From Candidatus Wallbacteria bacterium GWC2_49_35 (GTDB lineage Bacteria; Muiribacteriota; UBA9980): a stretch of 64,000 bases of DNA. Under the pieces are notes generated by a model. That model was given only the letters and a program-made list of their open reading frames with translations, was not told the DNA's origin and made no database searches. The first letter of the stretch is position 1. Every line of letters starts with the position of its first letter. The stretch spans positions 958 to 64,957 of the forward strand of contig MGFH01000246.1 of NCBI GenBank assembly GCA_001791795.1, in the 5' to 3' direction. This document shows positions 46,492-54,754 of this stretch, piece by piece. The translations under genes and the position numbers were made by a program.

Positions 46492-46797
46492 TTAATAATT
46501 TTCAGGCTGTTTCGGATAGTCTTTATTGGCTTTATATATAAAAACAAGAACCTTCGCCACCGCTTCGTATAATTCTTCGGGGATTATCGCGTCGGGCTCG
46601 AACTGCAGCAGAACCTCGCACAGATCGCCGTCTCTGTAGAACGGAACGTTGTTCTCGCGGGCGATCCTGATTATCTGCTCGGCTATGAAGCCCTCGCCGC
46701 CCGCTCCGATTTTCGGGGCCGGCTGATCGTTCTGGTTATAGAGTATGGCCACCGCTTTGGGCTTCGGCGCTTTTTTGCCGCCATTTTTTCCGTTCAT
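46492..46797 (-). CDS. FlhB C-terminal-domain-like small protein (YlqH/EscU-type)
   Basis: 101-aa ORF with AVAILYN...KIGAGGEGFIAEQIIRIARENNVPFYRD...IPEELYEAVAKVL, matching the FlhB_C/Bac_export_2 C-terminal fold. Confidence 0.7.
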   Translation of the reverse strand: MNGKNGGKKAPKPKAVAILYNQNDQPAPKIGAGGEGFIAEQIIRIARENNVPFYRDGDLCEVLLQFEPDAIIPEELYEAVAKVLVFIYKANKDYPKQPENY

Positions 46798-46809
46798 ATC
46801 TCCCGCCTT

Positions 46810-48258
46810 TTAAACGCTTATATCCAGGGCCGACATGATGTCGCCGCCGCCGGAATACTTAAGAACGGGCGGCAGAAAATCTATCTTTTTTCCCACTACT
46901 ACGGTGAAGTAATAAGGCGAGTTTATCGCCGAATCTATCATCTGTTTACTTTCAAAATATTTACTCTCGATATATCGCTTGATCTCGGCATTTTTGACGA
47001 ATATATAAATCCCGGCCGCCGATTCCTTCTTTTTGATGTTCACCCTTATGCTGTCGAGACGTGACAGCGTGAGATACATATCCACGGCCACGACGCGGCC
47101 GTCCTCTTTTTCGAGCGCGCACAGAGCCTCATGCTCTTCGTCGTCGTAGTTGAAAGGAAACTTGAACAGCTCCCCGCCCGATATCGCGGAATAAAGTTCG
47201 GTCATGGCACGGCTTTCAAGCATATTTATAATATTTTCACGCACCGCGGCAAGCTCGCCGGGGTTTTTGACGATCCCGCCGCCTGAAAATTTTTCGAGCT
47301 CTGCAATGAGCGTCAACGCTTCTTTTACGAAGGCGGCGCTTTTTTTCATGGCGCCTCCGGCTCTTTCCGCGCCTTCGGGCCGCGCGGCCGCCAGAGCCTC
47401 CAGAAGCCTGACCGCGCCGTTTTCGAACGAACGGAAGGCCGTGACGGCCCCGAGAACTCTTTTCGCCGAATAGGCCGCCCTTTTTCCGCCGTTTTCCAGG
47501 TCGGGAATTATCCCGGCGAGCGCAACCGCGAGCGACGAACGCGCCGACGAAAAAACCCTGTTGAAATCGAGCGACTGCCCCCGAAGCGTTTCGATCAGCG
47601 CGGAAGCGAGCTTCAGAGACTCCTGATTTACAGGTATATTCGATTTAGTTAATAAAGTAGCCGCATCGGCGAGAGTCTGGACGCCGGTCTTCGCCGCAGG
47701 AAGGGGTGTCGCGGATTCCGCCCCTGCGGGCGCTCTCCCGCCTTCGGGCTGCGCCGGCGCCTCGCCGGCCGTCCTCTGCGCTTCCGCGCCGGCCGCGGAA
47801 TTAAGTACCCTGTTAAGCGCGGCCGCCGCGCCGTCGATCGAACGCGCGTCCAGCCTGAGCCCGAACTTGAGGTGCGATTCGAGGACCGCTGCGGCCTGCG
47901 GATTTTTCGGGTCTGCGCCTACGCTTTTTAAAATGTCGGCGGCGCTGCGCTCGCGAGCCGTGATCTGAGTTCCGGCGGGTGAATCGGCGAGTTTGAAAAT
48001 GAACTTTCCGTCCGCGCCGCGCCCGACGAGTTTAAGAAGTATCTGCTCGCCCGTCTTGACAGCCAGGTCCGAAAGCGCCAGCAGGTAGCGATTGTCAATG
48101 GAAACCAGCGCCGCTCCTTCTGAAAAGCCTTTCACGCGCGCGCTGTAAACCTGCCCCTCGCGCGGCGAGAATTCCCTGGGAGGGGAATCCGTGGCGGTGC
48201 CTACGGGCAGCGTATTACCTATGGGACTCACGTTTTTAATAATATCCGTCACCGGCAT
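46810..48258 (-). CDS. Hypothetical protein, YlqG-like partner of the FlhB-C-like gene (possible FliK-like C-terminus)
   Basis: 482-aa, Ala/Gly-rich low-complexity middle. Positional conservation with the FlhB-C-like gene as in the Bacillus ylqG-ylqH pair. No motif certain. Confidence 0.5.
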   Translation of the reverse strand: MPVTDIIKNVSPIGNTLPVGTATDSPPREFSPREGQVYSARVKGFSEGAALVSIDNRYLLALSDLAVKTGEQILLKLVGRGADGKFIFKLADSPAGTQITARERSAADILKSVGADPKNPQAAAVLESHLKFGLRLDARSIDGAAAALNRVLNSAAGAEAQRTAGEAPAQPEGGRAPAGAESATPLPAAKTGVQTLADAATLLTKSNIPVNQESLKLASALIETLRGQSLDFNRVFSSARSSLAVALAGIIPDLENGGKRAAYSAKRVLGAVTAFRSFENGAVRLLEALAAARPEGAERAGGAMKKSAAFVKEALTLIAELEKFSGGGIVKNPGELAAVRENIINMLESRAMTELYSAISGGELFKFPFNYDDEEHEALCALEKEDGRVVAVDMYLTLSRLDSIRVNIKKKESAAGIYIFVKNAEIKRYIESKYFESKQMIDSAINSPYYFTVVVGKKIDFLPPVLKYSGGGDIMSALDISV

Positions 48259-48320
48259 AATCCCGTCCTCTTATTGCCGCCCGTAAATACCGCGTGACGA
48301 ACGCGGAACCGGGCCGCGAA

Positions 48321-49031
48321 TCAGCCTATATCGATCTTGAAAGTTTTTCGGTGTATTCCGCAATATCCGTGGCGGCGTATGCTGTCGATATGAGAGGCCG
48401 TGCCGTAGCCTTTGTGCTTTAAAAATCCGTACTGCGGGTATTTTTTATCGTATTCGCACATGATCCTGTCGCGAGTGACCTTCGCAATGATTGAGGCGGC
48501 CGCTATGGAAGCCGATTTCGCGTCTCCCTTTATCACTTTCTTCTGCAGCGCCTTTATTTGCGGGATTATCATCGCGTCATTGAGGATAAAATCGGGCCGC
48601 CCCTCGAGCGCGGAATAGGCAAGATAGACGGCCTTATAGGTCGCCTGCAGGATGTTGATCTCGTCTATTTCGTTATTATCGACTATGCCCACGGCCCATT
48701 GGACGCCGGGGTCGGTCGTGAGCGCGCCGTAAACCGACTCGCGGACCTTTTCGCTGACCGATTTCGAGTCGTAAAGACCGGCGATGTGGTAATCCGCCGG
48801 AAGCATGGCGATCGCGGCCACCACGGGCCCGGCCAGCGGCCCCCTTCCGGCCTCGTCGACGCCCGCGATGCTGCGGTAGCCGGCCGATCTCAGGCGCGAT
48901 TCGAAATAGTGCATTATATTGTCGGCGTTCGCGAGGCGTTCTTTTTTTCCGTACGCGTCAAAAACGCTTTCGTCGAAGCGCGGCTCGGCCTTTGCCGCCG
49001 CCGGCTCGAACAGGTAGAGATTTTCGTGCAT
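48321..49031 (-). CDS. rnhB: Ribonuclease HII
   Basis: GVDEAGRGPLAGPVV catalytic motif. Track GTG start 49040 trimmed to ATG 49031. Confidence 0.85.
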   Translation of the reverse strand: MHENLYLFEPAAAKAEPRFDESVFDAYGKKERLANADNIMHYFESRLRSAGYRSIAGVDEAGRGPLAGPVVAAIAMLPADYHIAGLYDSKSVSEKVRESVYGALTTDPGVQWAVGIVDNNEIDEINILQATYKAVYLAYSALEGRPDFILNDAMIIPQIKALQKKVIKGDAKSASIAAASIIAKVTRDRIMCEYDKKYPQYGFLKHKGYGTASHIDSIRRHGYCGIHRKTFKIDIG

Positions 49032-49036
49032 TCGCC

Positions 49037-49903
49037 TCACTCCGTTTTTTTGCCGGCGTCTTTTGCCGTTTCGCCTGATTTCGAGGCGTCCTGAGCGTTA
49101 CCGGATGTTTTTTCCTTTATGATGGTTTCGGCGTCCTTTTTTTCTTCCTTCGCCGCTGCGCTCGCTGCGGCGTTATCGCGCGCCGCCACAGGGTCCATGA
49201 ATTCTATGCCTATTATTTTCTTGTTGTTTTCCGCGGGATCGTCGCCATATTTTTTCATCATTTCAGACGTTTCAGTTTTTCCGGTGCCGAAAAAACTGCT
49301 TTTGCCGCGAACGACTCCCTTGTCTCTTTCGAGTTTATGCGCGGCATGGCCTTTGGCGTTGACCCCGTAGTACTTATAGATGAGATCATACGGCGCTCCC
49401 TGAGCGTCTTTGCCTTTGGAGATCATTTCGGCGACATCGCGCGCGTCGTCGGCTATTTTATTGGAGACGCCGCGCTTCACGCCGGCTTCGTCCATGACCC
49501 TTACGAACTGGTCGTAGATCCTCTTCTGCTCGTCCGGCATAACTTTGAGCCTGACTATCGTTTCGGCGAGCGACTCCGCGAGTCCCGCCGATTCCATGGC
49601 GCTGATGTCGCAGTCTTCGAGGCAAGACACCAGGTCGGAAACGAAGGTCTTCAGCTGTCCGTCGTTTTCATTATACGCCGAGGAATATGAAACGAACATG
49701 TTCTTGAGTTTTTTGATGGCGAACCTGAGATTTTCGATATTCCTGAAATTTTCGGGCAGGCTGACCTCTTTTATATCCGATTTCGAAGCGGCGCCGCTTT
49801 TCTGGCAGAATCCCGCGCCGGCGCTGAAATGAATCGCGGCGGCGCAAAGCGCCGCTATCGCCGCGATGGTCAATAAACCCGATATTTTTCCGTTTGAACT
49901 CAT
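49037..49903 (-). CDS. Secreted/periplasmic hypothetical protein (Lys/Ala-rich C-terminus)
   Basis: Signal peptide (LLTIAAIAALCAAAIHFSAG). No family recognised. Its stop lies 5 nt before the rnhB ATG. Confidence 0.5.
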   Translation of the reverse strand: MSSNGKISGLLTIAAIAALCAAAIHFSAGAGFCQKSGAASKSDIKEVSLPENFRNIENLRFAIKKLKNMFVSYSSAYNENDGQLKTFVSDLVSCLEDCDISAMESAGLAESLAETIVRLKVMPDEQKRIYDQFVRVMDEAGVKRGVSNKIADDARDVAEMISKGKDAQGAPYDLIYKYYGVNAKGHAAHKLERDKGVVRGKSSFFGTGKTETSEMMKKYGDDPAENNKKIIGIEFMDPVAARDNAAASAAAKEEKKDAETIIKEKTSGNAQDASKSGETAKDAGKKTE

Positions 49904-49940
49904 TGGCTACCTCGCTTTTAAAAATTCGACACGATGAAGA

Positions 49941-51683
49941 TCAATCGCCGTCTTCGTCCTTCTGATTCAAAACGCCGGTCTCATAGCGCTTTATGTCGCG
50001 CTTCGATATCGACACCCAGAAATTGTCGCCCATTATATTCCTTATGCGGTTGTCATATTTTATCTTGAACTTGCGCGGCATCAGGACCTTTCCGTCCTCA
50101 CCCTCCTGGCGGTTGAGATTGGTGACGGTGTAGTTGCCGAATACGGTGACCTCTTCGCCGCCAAATATTGAGTCTTTAGAATATACAGAAGCCTGAATAT
50201 TTACTTTCGCCTTCGGCGACACTATTATTTTTCCGTTCTGCGAAACGAGCGTCAGAAGGGTTTTATCGTCCAAAAGCGTGACGTCGCCCAGTACGTGTAT
50301 GTTGTCGGTGACTATCAGCGTTCCTCGGCCCTCGAGAATACCGGCTATCTTCAGATCGCCCTTTATAAGAGTTATGCCGTCTAGCTTGTATGGATTTTTC
50401 TTTTCGCCGAAGATCGAATGGCCGTGAGGTATGACCTCGGTGGCGTACATTTCGGCGTTCTGCAAAAGCTGCTTCAGATTTTCGGGGTCCGTTTCGTTCG
50501 GATACTGCTTCAGGTAATTCGGAAAGGTGCTCCAGCGCGTATATTGTTCGACCTTCGGCGTCGGCTTCTGGTTCTGAATGACGTACGGCACCAGCTCGTA
50601 ATAATGTTTTTTGATGTCGCCTTCGAACTTGGTCGCCCACGACATGAATCGGTCGTGGAGGCGGTTGTTGCAGAAAGGATAACCGACCTCGGGCCGTTCG
50701 TAATAATTGTTCGAAACGAAATAATTTATGATGTCGTCCACGTCGAAGAAGGGAAGGTATATGTGGACCACTCCGTTGGTGCGAACGCGGCCGGCCACCT
50801 TGTAGGCCTTAAAAATATCTTCCATTTTCTTTTCCTGCGGCTTGGTAAACTTTGTCTTGGTGACAAAATCGCGGACGATGTCTATCATCTCTTTCATGGT
50901 GCCCTTGAGGTAAGGCAGCAGCCTCTGGAAGTCGTCGATGAAGCCCTGGGCGATGACGATAAGGCTCGAAAGGCCGTGTTCGAGGATAAATTCGCCTTCC
51001 TTGATATACTCGGTCTTATCGCCCGATATGAAAAGCGTGTATTCGGGGGCTATCGGGGTCAGGTCCATGACCTTTATGTCGCGTATGACCACGAGCGTTC
51101 TGGAAATGTCCTTCAATTCGCCGCCGGAATTGAGCATGCGAACGGTGCCCGTAGCGGTTATCTTGAGCTTGCCCTGCCAGCCACCAAGTTTTTTTGGATT
51201 GGCGAACGATGCGGTGTCTTTTTTATACTGCTCGAGTTTCGGCGGCACTTCCTTTTCGCGCAGCAACGAGCCGAAAGGTGTTTCCCTCAAATTAAAAAAC
51301 TCTATCTTGACGAAATATTTGGAGTCTTTGGCGAATTCCGCGTCGGCGAAACTGAGCTGGAAATCCTGCGCGCTGTGGTAATCGAGTATTTTGAGGAGGT
51401 TTTCATTGACGTCTTTTTTTTCGTTGACCAGAGGCGTGCGGAAAATGTTTTTCAGCTCGTAAACGGCGCGCTCGACGCCCGCCTCGGCGAGGTAGTATGC
51501 CGCCTGGGATTTGCCCTGATGATATGTCTGAGAATATTCGGAAAGGAATGAGAATAAAAAGGAAAAGCCCAGAATGAAAATGACGGAAATAGTTCCCATG
51601 ACCAGGACGTAACTCGAGGCCGAAACGCTTTCCGATATATTTTCGCGCCGCCGTGAAGGGGGCTGTATCATAATAATCCTCAA
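49941..51683 (-). CDS. Large membrane-anchored hypothetical protein with PilX-N-like N-terminus
   Basis: N-terminal TM (VLVMGTISVIFILGFSFLFSFL) followed by QAAYYLAEAGVERAVYEL, reminiscent of the PilX_N motif. Rest unassigned. Confidence 0.5.
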   Translation of the reverse strand: MRIIMIQPPSRRRENISESVSASSYVLVMGTISVIFILGFSFLFSFLSEYSQTYHQGKSQAAYYLAEAGVERAVYELKNIFRTPLVNEKKDVNENLLKILDYHSAQDFQLSFADAEFAKDSKYFVKIEFFNLRETPFGSLLREKEVPPKLEQYKKDTASFANPKKLGGWQGKLKITATGTVRMLNSGGELKDISRTLVVIRDIKVMDLTPIAPEYTLFISGDKTEYIKEGEFILEHGLSSLIVIAQGFIDDFQRLLPYLKGTMKEMIDIVRDFVTKTKFTKPQEKKMEDIFKAYKVAGRVRTNGVVHIYLPFFDVDDIINYFVSNNYYERPEVGYPFCNNRLHDRFMSWATKFEGDIKKHYYELVPYVIQNQKPTPKVEQYTRWSTFPNYLKQYPNETDPENLKQLLQNAEMYATEVIPHGHSIFGEKKNPYKLDGITLIKGDLKIAGILEGRGTLIVTDNIHVLGDVTLLDDKTLLTLVSQNGKIIVSPKAKVNIQASVYSKDSIFGGEEVTVFGNYTVTNLNRQEGEDGKVLMPRKFKIKYDNRIRNIMGDNFWVSISKRDIKRYETGVLNQKDEDGD

Positions 51684-51837
51684 GAAAATTCACCCTGTCC
51701 GATTTGGAGGCCGCCGGAAAATACCGTTAAAAAAGTGCGGCGACCCGTCCAGCTTGATATATTATATATTATTAATATCTACGAAGCCTCATTTTATCAA
51801 ATTTTGTCGATTAAGTCAATAAATCATTACAAACATA

Positions 51838-51866
51838 TTGATAGATCGGCGGATTTATGTTAAAAT
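51838..51866 (+). promoter_or_regulatory. Sigma70 promoter TTGATA-N17-TAAAAT for the ABC transporter operon (near-leaderless)
   Basis: ttgata 51838-51843, 17-nt spacer, taaaat 51861-51866. The ATG at 51876 lies ~10 nt after the -10. Confidence 0.45.
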
Positions 51867-51875
51867 CATCGGACT

Positions 51876-52676
51876 ATGAGTATGAATGAAAATCCGGCGC
51901 CCCCCCCCCTGAGCATTACCGGCGTCACTAAAACCTACGCCGAAGGAAGCGTTTCTGAATTTGCGGCGCTGCGCGGCGTCTCATATGATATCGGCTCCTG
52001 CGGCATATACGGTCTTATCGGCCCCAACGGCGCCGGAAAGACCACTTTGTTGCGTATAATTTCCAGCGTCATAAAACCCGACTCGGGCGACGTGTTAATA
52101 TTCGGGGAAAGCATCAGGTCGAATCCGGCGGCGTCCAAGGCGAAGATCGGGTTTTTATCGGCGACCACGGGCCTTTATTCGAGACTTTCGCCCCGCGAGA
52201 CGCTCGTTTACTTCGGGCGGCTTTTCGGCCTTGAAAACGAAAAGATCTCAAAACGCGTCACCGAGCTCTGCGAACTTTTCGAGATGGGCGATTTCATAGA
52301 CAAAAAGAACGAAACACTTTCGTTCGGCCAGCGTCAGCGCGTAAATATAGCGCGATGTCTTATACATGAACCCGAAATATTCGTTTTCGACGAAATAACC
52401 GAAGGCCTCGACGTAATGACCTCAAGGACCGTCATCAAATTCATCAAATACCTCGCCGAAATCAAAAAATGCGTCATATTTTCGACGCACGACATGAATC
52501 TTGCGGAAAGACTCTGCGAAAATATAATAATAATGCATAAAGGCCTCATAATAGAGGCCGGCCGGGTCGACGAACTCAAACGCAGGCACTCGATGCCCGC
52601 AAGCTCGCTCGAAGAGATGTTCATCAGCCTTATCGGGGCGCGCGATTCATACGCGCCTGAAGAGGAACGGCAATGA
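51876..52676 (+). CDS. ABC transporter ATP-binding protein (ABC-2/NatA-type)
   Basis: Walker A GPNGAGKTT. Signature LSFGQRQR. Walker B IFVFDE. H-loop STHDM. Stop overlaps the downstream start (ATGA). Confidence 0.85.
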   Translation: MSMNENPAPPPLSITGVTKTYAEGSVSEFAALRGVSYDIGSCGIYGLIGPNGAGKTTLLRIISSVIKPDSGDVLIFGESIRSNPAASKAKIGFLSATTGLYSRLSPRETLVYFGRLFGLENEKISKRVTELCELFEMGDFIDKKNETLSFGQRQRVNIARCLIHEPEIFVFDEITEGLDVMTSRTVIKFIKYLAEIKKCVIFSTHDMNLAERLCENIIIMHKGLIIEAGRVDELKRRHSMPASSLEEMFISLIGARDSYAPEEERQ

Positions 52677-54748
52677 AAATGAACTTCAATTTCAATAAGA
52701 TATCCGTTATATTCTCGCACGAACTCAAGTATTTGCTGCGCGACAAAACGACGCTTTTTATGATGGTGCTGCTGCCGATCATAATATATCCTCTGATCAG
52801 CTTCGTATCTGCCTATATGTTCATGAAGTCTTCCGACAGCGTAAAGCGCTCGGTGACGAAAGTGGCCGTCAGCCGCGATGAAAAGCCTTTTATAGACGCA
52901 CTGAAAAGCGATTTCGGCCGCGCCGGTATCAGGTACGACATCAGAGTGGAGCGGCTTTCCACCGAAGAAGTCCAGAGCGCCATCGTCAAAAAGGACCTTT
53001 CGGCCTATATAGAGATCGCCGATGGTTTCGGCGAAAAAACCGCCGGCGGAAAGAGTTCGGAGATCATAATCAAATACGACCTTTCGAACGACAAATCGAA
53101 TTTCGCGCGCGCCGAAATATTTAGCGCCGTGAGAAACTACCGTGAAGAATTAGTCGATAGTAATATAGAAAAATTGAATATACCCCCGGCGCTGATATAT
53201 CCCTTCGACATAACCGGAGTAAACATAGCGAGCCCTTCGCGTATGGGCGATTCCTTTCTGGCGCGTATCCTGCCGATGATCATAATCATGTTCGCGACCC
53301 TCGGGGCGTTCTACCCGGCGATAGACGTGACCGCCATGGAAAAGGAGCGCGGCACGCTCGAAACCCTCCTGCTGGCACCCCTGGGAGCGTTGGACATTAT
53401 GTTCGGAAAGTTCCTGGCGGTGTTCTGCCTGACGATGTTTTCCATCCTGATAAACCTCGCCAGTATTTCGCTGACCGCGACGCACGGGTTTTTCGTTATA
53501 CAGAAAATCGCGTCGGCCTCGCGGCTGGCCAATATGGTCAATTTTTCGATATCGCCGTCCGCGGTGATCGCCATCTTCGTTTTCATGGTTCCAGCCGCAT
53601 GCATTATGTCGGCGCTTATGATGCAGATAGCCATCTTCGCGCGCAATTTCAAGGAAGCGCAGAACTACATGACCCCGGTACTGCTGATATTCATGCTGCC
53701 GCCTATGGTTTCGCTGCTGCCCGGATATTCGCTGAACGCTTCGAACGCCTTCATTCCGATAGTCAATCTGACGCTGCTGATGAAAGGCATGCTGACGGGC
53801 AATTATCAGCTGTCGCACGCGCTTATCGCATTCTGCGTCAATCTGGCGCTTTCGGTGATAACGCTTATCGCCGCTGCGAAGACCTTCTCCTCGGAGCACG
53901 TTCTTTTCAGGCCTTCCGAAGACATGGACGTGCTCTTCTTCTGGAAATACAAGAGCCTTAAGATCAACCAGGAAATGAACCTGCTCAAACTCTTCTTCAT
54001 TCTCCAGCTGGTGCTGCTTTATTACGCCGGCTCCTTCGCGCAGACGTTTTTCGAGATCAAGACTGGACTGCTGATCACCGAGATCCTGCTGATATTCCTG
54101 CCTTCGTTCATATTCGTAAAACTCATACACGGCGATTTCCTTAAAACCATCGGGTTCAGGACCATCGGGTTCGGCACCCTTGCTTTCGCATTTTTCGCCG
54201 CGCTGTGCGGCTTCGGCTTCACGACGGTGGTCACCATATTCCAGTCACTTTTCTCCAGCCCGCCCGACGAGCTTCTCAAGCAGCTCCAGAAAGCCATAAC
54301 GGCCCGCACGCCGGGCGCCTTCTTTTCTATCGCCGTCATAACGGCTCTTCTGCCGGCATTCTGCGAAGAAGTGATGTTTCGTGGCATGATATTGACCACT
54401 CTGGTAAAAAGGTACAGCGCGTTCAGTTCCGCGCTTATCTGCGGAGTCCTTTTCGGAGTATTCCACTTCTCTGTCTACCGGTTCCTGCCTACGGCGATAA
54501 TCGGCTTCTACCTGAGCCTGCTGAAGATCAGCACCGGCTCGATAATTCCGCCGATGATAGCGCATTTCTTGAATAACTTCATAATAGTCGCCGCGGCCAA
54601 CGGCGAATGGTATCTGTCAAAAGGAATAAGGCCTCCGATGCAGCTTATATTGCTCGCCGAAGGCCTTATATTATTGGGTTTTATTATCTTTCCGATGGTC
54701 GTTAATTCGATGCTGAAAAGATCATGCGGGCCCGAAGGCCCCCGGTAA
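52673..54748 (+). CDS. ABC-2-type permease fused to a C-terminal CPBP (CAAX/Abi) intramembrane metalloprotease domain
   Basis: About 400-aa ABC-2 permease core (6 TM). C-terminal region with the three CPBP motifs EExxxR (EEVMFRG), FxxxH (FGVFHF) and HxxxN (HFLNN). Confidence 0.8.
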   Translation: MKMNFNFNKISVIFSHELKYLLRDKTTLFMMVLLPIIIYPLISFVSAYMFMKSSDSVKRSVTKVAVSRDEKPFIDALKSDFGRAGIRYDIRVERLSTEEVQSAIVKKDLSAYIEIADGFGEKTAGGKSSEIIIKYDLSNDKSNFARAEIFSAVRNYREELVDSNIEKLNIPPALIYPFDITGVNIASPSRMGDSFLARILPMIIIMFATLGAFYPAIDVTAMEKERGTLETLLLAPLGALDIMFGKFLAVFCLTMFSILINLASISLTATHGFFVIQKIASASRLANMVNFSISPSAVIAIFVFMVPAACIMSALMMQIAIFARNFKEAQNYMTPVLLIFMLPPMVSLLPGYSLNASNAFIPIVNLTLLMKGMLTGNYQLSHALIAFCVNLALSVITLIAAAKTFSSEHVLFRPSEDMDVLFFWKYKSLKINQEMNLLKLFFILQLVLLYYAGSFAQTFFEIKTGLLITEILLIFLPSFIFVKLIHGDFLKTIGFRTIGFGTLAFAFFAALCGFGFTTVVTIFQSLFSSPPDELLKQLQKAITARTPGAFFSIAVITALLPAFCEEVMFRGMILTTLVKRYSAFSSALICGVLFGVFHFSVYRFLPTAIIGFYLSLLKISTGSIIPPMIAHFLNNFIIVAAANGEWYLSKGIRPPMQLILLAEGLILLGFIIFPMVVNSMLKRSCGPEGPR

Positions 54749-54754
54749 TGATCA

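Noticed and set aside
50418-51551. 377-aa plus ORF opposite the 580-aa membrane protein
   Set aside because: Phe/Leu/Val/Arg-rich mirror composition. The minus-strand frame has a proper TM anchor and K/E-rich composition matching the rest of the proteome.
53150-54130. 326-aa Arg/His/Gln-rich minus ORF inside the ABC permease gene
   Set aside because: Antisense artefact. The permease-CPBP frame is supported by TM periodicity and CPBP motifs.
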